Positions 17,238 to 26,396 of a stretch of 34,826 nt of DNA are shown here, piece after piece (within the stretch, counting starts at the first letter, position 1; each line of letters starts with the position of its first letter). The notes under the pieces were generated by a model. The model was not told the DNA's origin. It did not search any database and saw only the letters and a program-made list of their open reading frames with translations. This DNA comes from a virus (lineage: Duplodnaviria > Caudoviricetes), in IMG/VR virus record IMGVR_UViG_3300033067_001086, positions 1-34,826 of that record; one strand, written 5' to 3'. The position numbers and the translations under genes were made by a program.

Positions 17238-17757
17238 GCTACTGATTGGATGCGGCTCAAACCGCGCCAAGAAGCTACAACGGGGGGGGCGGGCTGAATG
17301 GTCCGCCCTCACCACACTGGATCACAATTCGGATCACAACCCGGACGTTGTGTTCGACCTCGAAAGCGGCCCGCTGCCATTCGACGATGACAGCTTCGAT
17401 GAAATTCACGCCTACGAAGTGCTGGAACATACCGGGGCGCAGGGCGACTATCGGTTCTTCTTTAGCCAGTGGTCGGACTTCTGGCGGGTATTGAAGCCGG
17501 GCGGTGCATTCATGGGCACAGTCCCGCTTCCCTCAAGCGTTTGGGCTTGGGGCGATCCCAGTCACAGGCGGATTGTCGCCCGCGAAAGCCTGATCTTTCT
17601 TAACCAGCCTACTTACGACGCACAGGTAGGCAAGACGCCGATGTCGGACTTCCGCAACATCTACAAGGCGGATTTTGACATCGCGTGGATGGAAGAAACG
17701 GATCATTCCTTGATGTTCATTCTTGAGGCGGTGAAGCCGTCGCGGTGTTCGCTATGA
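17230..17757 (+). CDS. Class I SAM-dependent methyltransferase (Methyltransf_11-like)
   Basis: LLIGCG, LPFDDDSFDEIHAYEVLEH, WRVLKPGG, DPSH. Confidence 0.85.
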   Translation: MRELLIGCGSNRAKKLQRGGRAEWSALTTLDHNSDHNPDVVFDLESGPLPFDDDSFDEIHAYEVLEHTGAQGDYRFFFSQWSDFWRVLKPGGAFMGTVPLPSSVWAWGDPSHRRIVARESLIFLNQPTYDAQVGKTPMSDFRNIYKADFDIAWMEETDHSLMFILEAVKPSRCSL

Positions 17758-18446
17758 AGGTCATGGTGGCCATTCCCGCCTATTCGGGAACCATCCACCT
17801 CGGCACAATGCGCTCCCTGTTCACCGACCTTCTGGCGCTTCGTGACCGGGGCGACGAATGGGTATTGATGGACGAATGCGGCAACGCCTTGATTGCCGAT
17901 GCGCGGGCGCTGATTGTCGCGAAGTTCCTCGAAACCGACTGCGACACGCTGGTTTTTGTTGACAGCGATGTTTGTTGGGAAGCGGGCGCGCTACTCAAAC
18001 TGCTGGATCATCCGGTTGACTTCGTGGCGGGCATCTACCCGCAGCGCCGCGACCCGATCAATTATTGCCTGAACTGGACCGCGCAAGGCGAATTGTGGGC
18101 CGATCCGGAAACCGGCCTGCTGGAAAGCAACGGCGTTCCGTTCGGCTTCGTGAAGCTCACGCGCAAGGTTCTGGAGGACATGCGCGAGCAGTATCCGGAC
18201 AGCGAATTCTATGTAGAGAACGCGCCGGATCACAAAGCCTGGGCACTGTTTGCGGATTACCGCATCGGCAAGCACAAGATGGGCGAGGATTACGCCTTCT
18301 GCCGCCGATGGCGCGACATGGGCGGGCGGCTCTGGGTCGATCCGGAAATCAGTATGGGCCATGTCGGCTACAAGACATTTTCAGGCCATCTCGGCAACGA
18401 TTTGCGCAGCAGGATAGGGACGGACGATGGCGACATTCAACCTTAG
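17754..18446 (+). CDS. GT-A fold (GT2-like) glycosyltransferase
   Basis: VMVAIPAY, I.DAR..IV..FL, FVDSD (DxD), GEDYAFC, VDPEISMGHVG; ATG 17754 coupled to MTase stop. Confidence 0.85.
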   Translation: MKVMVAIPAYSGTIHLGTMRSLFTDLLALRDRGDEWVLMDECGNALIADARALIVAKFLETDCDTLVFVDSDVCWEAGALLKLLDHPVDFVAGIYPQRRDPINYCLNWTAQGELWADPETGLLESNGVPFGFVKLTRKVLEDMREQYPDSEFYVENAPDHKAWALFADYRIGKHKMGEDYAFCRRWRDMGGRLWVDPEISMGHVGYKTFSGHLGNDLRSRIGTDDGDIQP

Positions 18447-18678
18447 CCTTACCTATCCCGATGGACAGGGGCCGCGCATCCTTGCCGCGTTGAAGGCCAA
18501 GGCGGCAACGCAGGCCAATCCGACCCCGACGAACGCGCAGGCTATCGAGTGGTTTCGTCTGCGGGTCATCAACGACTTGCGCACGATGGTCCGGGACCAT
18601 GACAAGCAGACGGCATTGGACCAGGCTGAAACCCTCAAGGCTTCGGCTGCGAGCGTAACCCTCCCGGACATTACCTGA
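18427..18678 (+). CDS. Hypothetical virion-module protein
   Basis: ORF tiles between glycosyltransferase and adaptor. Confidence 0.65.
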   Translation: MATFNLSLTYPDGQGPRILAALKAKAATQANPTPTNAQAIEWFRLRVINDLRTMVRDHDKQTALDQAETLKASAASVTLPDIT

Positions 18679-18679
18679 C

Positions 18680-19309
18680 ATGGCAACGCTGGCTGACCTG
18701 AAAACCCGCATCATCGCCGAGATGGTGCGCGACGACCTGTCAGACGACCTTGCCAGCCAGTTGCTGATCCATATCCAGCGCGCGTGCGAATTTTACGCTG
18801 ATGAAAAGTTCTGGTTCAACTCACTGGTAACGACCGTCGCGACGGTTGCTAGCACGCAGACTGTGGACGTTCCCGCGACGATGCGCCGTGTGGACCGGGT
18901 AACTGTCCCGGCATATGGCACGGAACTTATCGAGGTCACGCTGCAAGATCTCGACTTCGGCACGGAGGAAAGCCTGCCTCGCGGCTATGCGTATTACAAC
19001 GACGCGCTGAAGCTCTACCCCACCCCGGACGCGGTTTACACGCTGCAACTAACGGGGATTGCACAGGTGGCGGCTCCGGCGCTGGATGCCGACGATAGCA
19101 TCTGGACCGACGAAGCGCAGGACTTGATCGTCGCGCGCACAAAGATGACGCTTTACCGGGGTCAGTTCCGCGATCCGGAAGGCACGCAGCTCGCGATTGC
19201 CGAAGTGCAGGAAGTGTTCAACAAGCTCAAGCGCGAGACGGCGCGCAGGCTGGAAACCAAGCTGCGCCCGCGTCATCGCCGCCGGGCCTACAACATCAAC
19301 TACGAATGA
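18680..19309 (+). CDS. Head-tail adaptor (tail tubular protein A-like)
   Basis: MATLADLKTRI..E..RDDL, P.GYAYY....LYPTPD..YTL; position. Confidence 0.7.
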   Translation: MATLADLKTRIIAEMVRDDLSDDLASQLLIHIQRACEFYADEKFWFNSLVTTVATVASTQTVDVPATMRRVDRVTVPAYGTELIEVTLQDLDFGTEESLPRGYAYYNDALKLYPTPDAVYTLQLTGIAQVAAPALDADDSIWTDEAQDLIVARTKMTLYRGQFRDPEGTQLAIAEVQEVFNKLKRETARRLETKLRPRHRRRAYNINYE

Positions 19310-20274
19310 ACCTGTTCACCCCGCCGGGAGCCCCCTCCTGGCTTGACGGCATCCTGCGCAACATCAGATCGGGCCTGCGCACGCAATGGGACAGCCCGAT
19401 TGTGCTGAACCAGATTGCCACGGCGGACTTGCCTTCGGCGGCGGACTGGACCGGCGCGCTGGTATGGGATGTCACCACAAGCGAAGTGAAGCGCTCCAAC
19501 GGCACGGCATGGGCGGCTCTGGGGGGTGGAGGCGTTTCCGATGGTGACAAGGGCGATATTACCGTTTCCGCGTCCGGTGCGACATGGACGATTGACGCGG
19601 GAGTGGTGACGCTCGCCAAGATGGCGAACATGGCGACGGCAAGCCTGATTTACCGCAAGACGGCGGGAGCGGGTGCGCCGGAAGTCCAGACGCTCGCCAC
19701 GCTGAAAACCGACCTGGGCTTAACCGGGACGAACAGCGGGGACCAGACGATAACCCTGTCCGGGGACGCTACCGGATCGGGGACGGCTGGAATCACGGTT
19801 ACGCTGGCCAATAGCGGTGTTTCGGCGGGCACCTACAAGTCGGTTACGGTCGATGCCAAAGGCCGGGTCACGGCTGGAACAAACCCGACGACTCTATCGG
19901 GTTATGGCATCACCGATGCAGCCTCGTTGACCGGCACAGAGACGCTGACCAACAAGAGGGTCAACCCGCGTGTAGGCACAACTACTTCCTCAGCCACGCC
20001 CACGATCAATACCGATAATTATGACGTTTACGGGCTGACCGCGCAGGCGGTGGACATAACCTCCTTCACCACGAACCTTAGCGGAACGCCTGTAGACGGA
20101 CAGAAACTTTGGATTTACGTCGTTGGCACGGCGGCGCGGGCAATCACATGGGGCGCGTCCTTTGAGGCGTCAACGGTTGCCCTTCCGACCACTACCGTGA
20201 CGACTAACCGGCTCGATGTCGGCTTTGTCTGGAATGCCGCAGCATCAAAGTGGCGCTGCGTGGGCACCGCGTAA
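19306..20274 (+). CDS. Tail fibre protein 1
   Basis: DGDKGDITVS, GTNSGDQ, VTVDAKGRVTAG, PTTLSGYGITDA, ETLTNK fibre motifs. Confidence 0.8.
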   Translation: MNLFTPPGAPSWLDGILRNIRSGLRTQWDSPIVLNQIATADLPSAADWTGALVWDVTTSEVKRSNGTAWAALGGGGVSDGDKGDITVSASGATWTIDAGVVTLAKMANMATASLIYRKTAGAGAPEVQTLATLKTDLGLTGTNSGDQTITLSGDATGSGTAGITVTLANSGVSAGTYKSVTVDAKGRVTAGTNPTTLSGYGITDAASLTGTETLTNKRVNPRVGTTTSSATPTINTDNYDVYGLTAQAVDITSFTTNLSGTPVDGQKLWIYVVGTAARAITWGASFEASTVALPTTTVTTNRLDVGFVWNAAASKWRCVGTA

Positions 20275-21281
20275 TGGCCACCAAGACTGTCCTCGTTACA
20301 TCAGGCACAACCTGGACTGTCCCCGGTGACATAGACACCTCTGTCAATGCCACAATTACGGTGATCGGTGCCGGTGGCGGCGGGCGGCGTCCTACTAACG
20401 GCGCTTTTTCGGCGGCAGGCGGCGGTGGCGGTGGCGGCGGTTGGTCACAAAGCTCAATTTCCCTGTCCGGTATATCCAGCGCATTCATCAGCATCGGTTC
20501 TGCCGGCACAGGGGGGGCGGCATCTAATACCAACGGCGCGGCCGGCGGGCAGACATGGTTTAACAAGTCCGCTAATTCCGCACCTGCTGCAAGCTCGGAT
20601 GGTGCGCTGGCGAAGGGCGGGAGCGGTTCCACAAGTTCTATTGGCGGCGGCGGCGGTTCCACTACCGGGGCCATAGGTACAACGACACGCGCGGGCGGAA
20701 CGGGCGGCAATGCCGGTACAGGCGGCAGTACCGGAAACGGTGCCGGTGGCGGCGGTGCTGCTGCCAAGGATACCGCGACAGGCGGCAGCGGCGGCAACGG
20801 ATTTTCGACCAGTGCCGATGGCGGCGGGGGCGGGGGCGGCGGCGTAGGCGGCGGCGGCAGTAGTTCCACATCCATTAAAGGTGCGAACGGTGGCTTAACC
20901 TATTCAGGCGCGGCGGGTGGCGCGGGTAACGCTGGCGGCGGTGGGTCCGCCGGGGCGAATGGCGGCGGTGGCGGCGGCGGGTCAGGCAGAAATACCAATT
21001 CGGCAGCAGCCTATAACGGCGGTCAGGGCGGCGCAGGCACCGAACAGTCTATCACGGCGGGCGGTACTGCCGGTTCGGGCGGCGGTGGCGGCGGTGGCGG
21101 CGGCTCCAATAATACAGGCGCTACAGGCGGCAACGGTGCTGCCGGCGGTTCCTATGGCGGCGGCGGCGGCGGTGGCGGGGCCGGGGCAACGTCCGGCAAT
21201 GGCGGCAACGGTTCGCAGGGCGCAATCATCATCACCTACACCATCGTTGCTGCATCGACCAACATGCTCCTTATGTTCTGA
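20274..21281 (+). CDS. Polyglycine-rich adhesin-like protein
   Basis: TSGTTWTVP...VIGAGGGG and many GGGGG tracts, ends GAIIITY...TNMLLMF; ATG 20274 (TAATG). Confidence 0.75.
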   Translation: MATKTVLVTSGTTWTVPGDIDTSVNATITVIGAGGGGRRPTNGAFSAAGGGGGGGGWSQSSISLSGISSAFISIGSAGTGGAASNTNGAAGGQTWFNKSANSAPAASSDGALAKGGSGSTSSIGGGGGSTTGAIGTTTRAGGTGGNAGTGGSTGNGAGGGGAAAKDTATGGSGGNGFSTSADGGGGGGGGVGGGGSSSTSIKGANGGLTYSGAAGGAGNAGGGGSAGANGGGGGGGSGRNTNSAAAYNGGQGGAGTEQSITAGGTAGSGGGGGGGGGSNNTGATGGNGAAGGSYGGGGGGGGAGATSGNGGNGSQGAIIITYTIVAASTNMLLMF

Positions 21282-21292
21282 CGGGAAAACAC

Positions 21293-22168
21293 ATGCCATC
21301 AACTGCAACGACACGCATCCGCATTGAGAAGCAGGCGGCGGGCGAAAACGATACGACATGGGGCACCCGCGTCAATACGAACGACTGGGATATGATCGAT
21401 GAGGCGTTCGGCGTTTCATCCTTCACTGTTTCCACGTCCAAGACGCCGACCACGAACGACTATTCGACCGACGAACAGCGTCCGATGGTCTATAACGTGA
21501 CCGGCGGCACGGGCGGAACGGTGACGATTCCGAACACCGGGCACGCCAAACTGGTCAGGAATGCGTCTTCCGGCACGCTTACCTTTACCACGGGTTCCGG
21601 GACGACTGCCAGCGTTGCGGCGGGCGAGACGCAGTGGATCATTTCGACCGGCTCGAATGTGGTTTACGCTTCGGCATGGCTGGCATCCAGCGCGGTTTCG
21701 GCTTTCGGGCTTACGCTGATCGACGATGCCAACGCGGCGACCGCGCGGACGACGCTGGGCCTCGGCTCGGCTGCGGTTATCGACGAAACCACAACGGCGC
21801 AGTTTCTCGACAATACCGCCGACAAGGCGCTGTCAACCGATCAGGTATGGGCTGCGGGCGCAACGGTGGCCTTGACCGATGCCGCGACGATTGCGCTGAA
21901 CATGTCAACCTTCATCAACGGGACGGTCACGCTGGGCGGCAACCGGACGCTGGGCAACCCGACCAATCCCAAGGTTGGGCAATCGGGCTGGATCGCTATC
22001 ACGCAGGACGGCACCGGCTCGCGCACGCTGGCTTATGCAAGCAACTGGGAGTTTGCCAGCGGTTCCGCCCCGGTGCTTTCGACGGCGGCGGGCGCGAAGG
22101 ACGTGCTGTTCTACACGGTGCTTTCGGCGACATCCATCCTCGGCAATCTGGTCAAGGGTGTGGTCTGA
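21293..22168 (+). CDS. Tail fibre/appendage protein 2
   Basis: GENDTTWG..VN.N N-terminus; ARTTLGLGSAA; C-terminal ITQDGTGSRTL domain. Confidence 0.75.
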   Translation: MPSTATTRIRIEKQAAGENDTTWGTRVNTNDWDMIDEAFGVSSFTVSTSKTPTTNDYSTDEQRPMVYNVTGGTGGTVTIPNTGHAKLVRNASSGTLTFTTGSGTTASVAAGETQWIISTGSNVVYASAWLASSAVSAFGLTLIDDANAATARTTLGLGSAAVIDETTTAQFLDNTADKALSTDQVWAAGATVALTDAATIALNMSTFINGTVTLGGNRTLGNPTNPKVGQSGWIAITQDGTGSRTLAYASNWEFASGSAPVLSTAAGAKDVLFYTVLSATSILGNLVKGVV

Positions 22169-22794
22169 TGCTGCCGGGGCTCGCGTCCGCAATGGGGGGG
22201 TTCCCCACACGGTCCTATGTGCAGGCTGTGGCCACGGGCTCGGGGAGCGGCACTGTAGCAATCAGCAAGCCCACCGGAACGGTAGATGGCGACATCATGG
22301 TTGCCGTCATGTTTGGCGGCAACGGGGGAACGTGGACCGGGGATAGCGGCTGGACCGAGATCATTGACCAAGGGGCCACCCCGAACCTTCGCGCGGCTTA
22401 CAAGGTCGCATCCGGCGAGGGGGCCAGTTACACGTTCACCTATTCGGGAAGCGGCGCGGAGATTGGCTTCATCGCCACGCTTCGAGGGCTGCAATACGAC
22501 ACGGCCAGCGCATCTGTTACCACGCTGAACGGCGACGGCTCGCTTGCCATAACCGGGATTACGGCAGCGGGGGGCGTCCTGATCGCCGCCTATGCCCTGT
22601 TTAACGGAACGTCGCTTGCCGCGTCCACGCCATCCGGCATGGTCCCCTTGGTATCGGAGTCGCCTGGCTCCCGGGCCATTTTCGGTTTCTGGCAAGAGGT
22701 GGCGGCAGGTGCGACCGGCACGCGGGCCAGCAGCATTACCGGCACTAACCCGTTTAATAACGGCGGCATCCTCATAGCGTTGAAACCGGCATGA
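22168..22794 (+). CDS. Beta-rich adhesin-like protein
   Basis: ATG 22168 (TGATG); KPTGTVDGDIMVA, GWT, AAYKVA...SYTFT. Confidence 0.7.
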   Translation: MLPGLASAMGGFPTRSYVQAVATGSGSGTVAISKPTGTVDGDIMVAVMFGGNGGTWTGDSGWTEIIDQGATPNLRAAYKVASGEGASYTFTYSGSGAEIGFIATLRGLQYDTASASVTTLNGDGSLAITGITAAGGVLIAAYALFNGTSLAASTPSGMVPLVSESPGSRAIFGFWQEVAAGATGTRASSITGTNPFNNGGILIALKPA

Positions 22795-24326
22795 GAGTCC
22801 CCATAGAGATCGCCCCCGGCATCGCCTCGGACGATACCGACTTTGCCTCCGTCCGCTGGTCGGACGGCAACAACGTGCGCCCGTGGCTGGGCAAGATGGA
22901 AGTGATCGGCGGTTGCGTCGATGCGCTCAACGGAGCATCGCTTACCGGCGTCTGCCGCAACATCCTGCCGCTCGGCAAAACCTCCGGCGGTTCCATCATG
23001 GCCTTTGGAACGCATTCCAAGCTCCAGGTATGGCAAGGCGGCGCGCTCTACGACATCACACCTGTTGGGCTCTCTGCGGGCTCTATCGACAGCGTTGGCG
23101 GCACGGGCGGCGGTGGCGGATGGGGGCGTGGAACATGGAGTTCCGGAACATGGTCCAGTTCGTCAACGAGCTGGTATTGCCGAACATGGGCGCTCTCGAC
23201 ATGGGGAAGCTACCTCATCGCCAATCCGCGCGGCGGCACGATTTACGAATGGCAGGGCAACACGGGAAGCCCGGCGGCGGCAATCACCAACGCGCCAACA
23301 TCGGTCACGTTCGCCCTGACTACTCCGCAGCGGCAGGTCATGGCCTTTGGCTGCAACGAGGAAGTATCGGGGGACTTCAACCCGAACTGCATCCGATGGA
23401 GCGAGATCGAGGACAACACCAACTGGACATCGGGCGCGGCGAGCAACGCCGGGCAATACATCCTAGACGCGGCGGCGGGCCGGATTGTCGCGGCGCGGGT
23501 CATCGGTCCCTATGTCGCGGTCTGGACATCCAAGAGCCTGTATCTCGCCGAATACCGGGGCCTGCCGCAACAGACATTCTCCTTTGACAAGGTGGCCGAT
23601 GAATGCGGGCTTGTCGGACCCAACGCGGTGGAAGTGGTGGACGGAACGGCGCTCTGGCTGGCCCCCGATTACCAGTTCCGGACGTGGGCAATCGGCGGCA
23701 CGGTGCAACTGGTAGCCCCGCCCATCGGCAAGGAATTTCGCGACAACATCGACCGTAATCAGGTGGACAAGGTGGCGGCTTCGGCCCTGTCGCAGTTCTC
23801 GGAAGTGTGGTGGCACTATCCCGACAGCCGCGACACTACGGGCGATGCGGGCGAAAACAGCCGGTACGTTGCCGTTTCCATGCTCGATGGCACATGGTTC
23901 CGGGGCACGATGGCGCGCACGGCAACTGTGAACGCGGGCGTTATCCAGTTTCCGGTCAAGGCGACCTATGGCGGCATGGTCTATTTCCACGAAAGCGGGA
24001 ACGACCTTGACGGTTCCGCGCTTGAATGGTCGCTGACGTCTTCGGATATCGGCATCGGCACTGCGGAGAATTGGGCGGAATGCCGGGGCATCTGGCCCGA
24101 CTTCGAGGACCAGCAGGGGACTGTAAGCCTGACGGTCTATACCAAGGCTTACCCGCAGGACACGGCCCGGACCAAGGGTCCGTATTCGCTGACCGCCAAT
24201 GCCAACAAGAAAGACTTCCTGCTTTCGGGAAGGCTGGCCTCGTTCAAGTTCTCCGGTTCGTCGGCCCCGGCCTTCATGCGGATCGGCAAGCCTTCGCTCG
24301 ATGTGATCCAGACGGGCAAGTTCTAG
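22791..24326 (+). CDS. Tail hub/nozzle protein (P22 gp10 / tail tubular B-like)
   Basis: 511 aa Trp-rich beta-propeller-like; IRWSEIED...W, CGLVGPNA, FSEVWWHYP; position. Confidence 0.7.
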   Translation: MRVPIEIAPGIASDDTDFASVRWSDGNNVRPWLGKMEVIGGCVDALNGASLTGVCRNILPLGKTSGGSIMAFGTHSKLQVWQGGALYDITPVGLSAGSIDSVGGTGGGGGWGRGTWSSGTWSSSSTSWYCRTWALSTWGSYLIANPRGGTIYEWQGNTGSPAAAITNAPTSVTFALTTPQRQVMAFGCNEEVSGDFNPNCIRWSEIEDNTNWTSGAASNAGQYILDAAAGRIVAARVIGPYVAVWTSKSLYLAEYRGLPQQTFSFDKVADECGLVGPNAVEVVDGTALWLAPDYQFRTWAIGGTVQLVAPPIGKEFRDNIDRNQVDKVAASALSQFSEVWWHYPDSRDTTGDAGENSRYVAVSMLDGTWFRGTMARTATVNAGVIQFPVKATYGGMVYFHESGNDLDGSALEWSLTSSDIGIGTAENWAECRGIWPDFEDQQGTVSLTVYTKAYPQDTARTKGPYSLTANANKKDFLLSGRLASFKFSGSSAPAFMRIGKPSLDVIQTGKF

Positions 24327-24673
24327 TGGAATACGTCAAGTGGCGGCATCGGCTCGCCAGGGCGAACAACGCGGCTCTGATCCCGATTGAGCATGTTGAC
24401 AGCCTGCTTTCGGCGGGTCTGGCGCAATTCTGGGCTACCGATGACGCGGCGATGGTGACGCAACTGAACGCATGGCCGGGCGGCGCGGTGACAATCGAAG
24501 TCATCGCGGCGGCGGGGAAGAAAAGCGACATCCTCGGCCCAATGCACGAAGCGGCAACGGAATGGGGCCGGGCGAACGGGGCAACGCATGTCCTTGTGGC
24601 AGGACGCGATGGCTGGCGGCGCGAGCTGCCTGAATTTCATCATTATCAGACATTGTTGTTGAAGGAGCTTTGA
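24326..24673 (+). CDS. GNAT-like virion assembly protein
   Basis: GTG 24326 overlaps TAG; EWGRANGATHVLVAGRDGWRREL...LLKEL. Confidence 0.65.
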   Translation: MEYVKWRHRLARANNAALIPIEHVDSLLSAGLAQFWATDDAAMVTQLNAWPGGAVTIEVIAAAGKKSDILGPMHEAATEWGRANGATHVLVAGRDGWRRELPEFHHYQTLLLKEL

Positions 24674-24674
24674 T

Positions 24675-25271
24675 ATGGGCGGTGGCGGACCTGCAAAGGC
24701 GGCGGAACCCAAGGTAACCCCGTTTGTCGATTATTCGGCGCAAACGCCGGAAATCCCCAACTGGTTTGCCGATCGGCAGGCAACGGGAACTTCGTTCACG
24801 CCGGATTTCAGCCATAGCAAGTCAGCCTTTGGCGCATCGGCCCCGCAACCGGCCCCGATGCCCGCTGCCCCAATGCCATCTGCCCCGGCCCAAATGCCGC
24901 AGCAGGCCCCGGTCAATCCGCAACCGATGCCAATGGGCAGCCCCACGCCGTTCACGTCATCGGCAAGCCCGGTCATGCAAAAGCTGGCAAAGTTCGCGAT
25001 GCACGGGACGCAGGAACAAAGCCCGCCGATGCGCTTTGGCATTCCGACCGCTTTTGGCGGCGGTTTTCCCTTTGGCAATTTGCAACAGTTCCTGTCTCCC
25101 GAAACATGGCAGATGTTGCAGCGTTTTTCGGGCGGGTTCGGCGGTTTCAGCAGTGCGCCGCGCTATACCAATTACACGGACACGAACCCGGCGGATTCCA
25201 CCGGCCCGCAAGGACCGCAAAACTTCATGCCCCGCTCCATCTGGGGCGGGTTCTTTAACGGGGGGCGTTAA
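24675..25271 (+). CDS. Pro/Gly-rich putative ejection protein
   Basis: AAGGAG RBS; MGGGG start; low complexity; position. Confidence 0.6.
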   Translation: MGGGGPAKAAEPKVTPFVDYSAQTPEIPNWFADRQATGTSFTPDFSHSKSAFGASAPQPAPMPAAPMPSAPAQMPQQAPVNPQPMPMGSPTPFTSSASPVMQKLAKFAMHGTQEQSPPMRFGIPTAFGGGFPFGNLQQFLSPETWQMLQRFSGGFGGFSSAPRYTNYTDTNPADSTGPQGPQNFMPRSIWGGFFNGGR

Positions 25272-26386
25272 TGGGCGGTTCGAGCAAGACGACGAACGAA
25301 AAGTCGTCGGCAACCACGCAGCCGCAAACCCCGGCGGCCATCCGCGATCCGGTCTTCGGCTATTACAACGGCGTTGAGAACTATCTGAACGCCGATCCCA
25401 ATTCCTTCGTCACGCCGATGAATGCCATTCAGCAGGCGGCATTCAACAATACCGGGGGACTGTTTGGCGCGAGCCCGATCTACGGGCAGGCGGCGCAGAT
25501 TGCGGCCAATTCGGTCGGCAATCCCCTCACCCCGGCGGCGACCAAGGGGGCGTCGGCGGAATACGTCAAGGGCGATGGCGCGGGCTCGGCAGGTTCGTCG
25601 GGCTATGATGCCGCGTCCATGATGGACAACTTCAACCGCTACCTTGACCCGACGCTTGGGGCCTTGGTCGATACCACGCTTGCCGACTTCGACGCCAACG
25701 CGGCACGGCAGAAAGCGGCGCAACAGGCGCAATACGCCAAGGCCGGCGCGTTCATGGGCGGGGATTCGCGCGGCCAGATCGGCGCTACCCTGCTAGACGC
25801 GGAACTAGCGCGGGCGCGTGCCACGGCGGATGCGCAATTGCGCTCGAATGCATGGCAGCAGGCGGGCAACTGGGCGCAGTTCGATACGACCGGCACGAAC
25901 AATGCAAGACAGTTCGGCGCGAACGCGGCCAACCAAGCGGCTATTGCCAACGCGGCCAATGCGACCAGCGCGAACATCGCGGCGATGCAGGCGCAAAACC
26001 AGATGGCGATGCAGAACGCGCAACTGGCGCAGGATCAGAGCCAGTTCGAGGCGGCACAAGCCAATGCGCTGGCGCTGGAACAGAAGCGGCAGGAACTGGC
26101 GGCGGCGCAGGCGCTGGCGGCGATTGGCGGGGCCGGTGCCGATACCTACCGCGCCGATCTCAACACGCAGCTCGCCTTGGGCAACAACCTCTACGCGCTC
26201 GACAACGCGGCGACGATGGCCCCGGTTACGCAGTTGGAGACGGCGGGCGGCTTGCTCAATCCGGGCGTCATCGCGACGCAGACCGGGAATATCGTGAACA
26301 GCGACACGAACGCGCAGCAGAAAAGCAACGGGGGCCTGTTGAACGGGCTGCTTGGCATTGCCTCGGTTGCGGCTCCATTTTTCTAA
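25271..26386 (+). CDS. Ejection (DNA transfer) protein
   Basis: MGGSSKTT start, Ala/Gln/Asn-rich, AGAFMGGDSR, hydrophobic C-terminus. Confidence 0.7.
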   Translation: MGGSSKTTNEKSSATTQPQTPAAIRDPVFGYYNGVENYLNADPNSFVTPMNAIQQAAFNNTGGLFGASPIYGQAAQIAANSVGNPLTPAATKGASAEYVKGDGAGSAGSSGYDAASMMDNFNRYLDPTLGALVDTTLADFDANAARQKAAQQAQYAKAGAFMGGDSRGQIGATLLDAELARARATADAQLRSNAWQQAGNWAQFDTTGTNNARQFGANAANQAAIANAANATSANIAAMQAQNQMAMQNAQLAQDQSQFEAAQANALALEQKRQELAAAQALAAIGGAGADTYRADLNTQLALGNNLYALDNAATMAPVTQLETAGGLLNPGVIATQTGNIVNSDTNAQQKSNGGLLNGLLGIASVAAPFF

Positions 26387-26396
26387 GGTGTAAGCA

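Noticed and set aside
20274-21281. PE-PGRS or collagen-like annotation
   Set aside because: No PE domain or Gly-X-Y period; context fits a polyglycine adhesin
21634-22167. N-terminal extension of the 386-aa ORF
   Set aside because: Out-of-frame overlap with fibre 2; the real start is ATG 22168 (TGATG)
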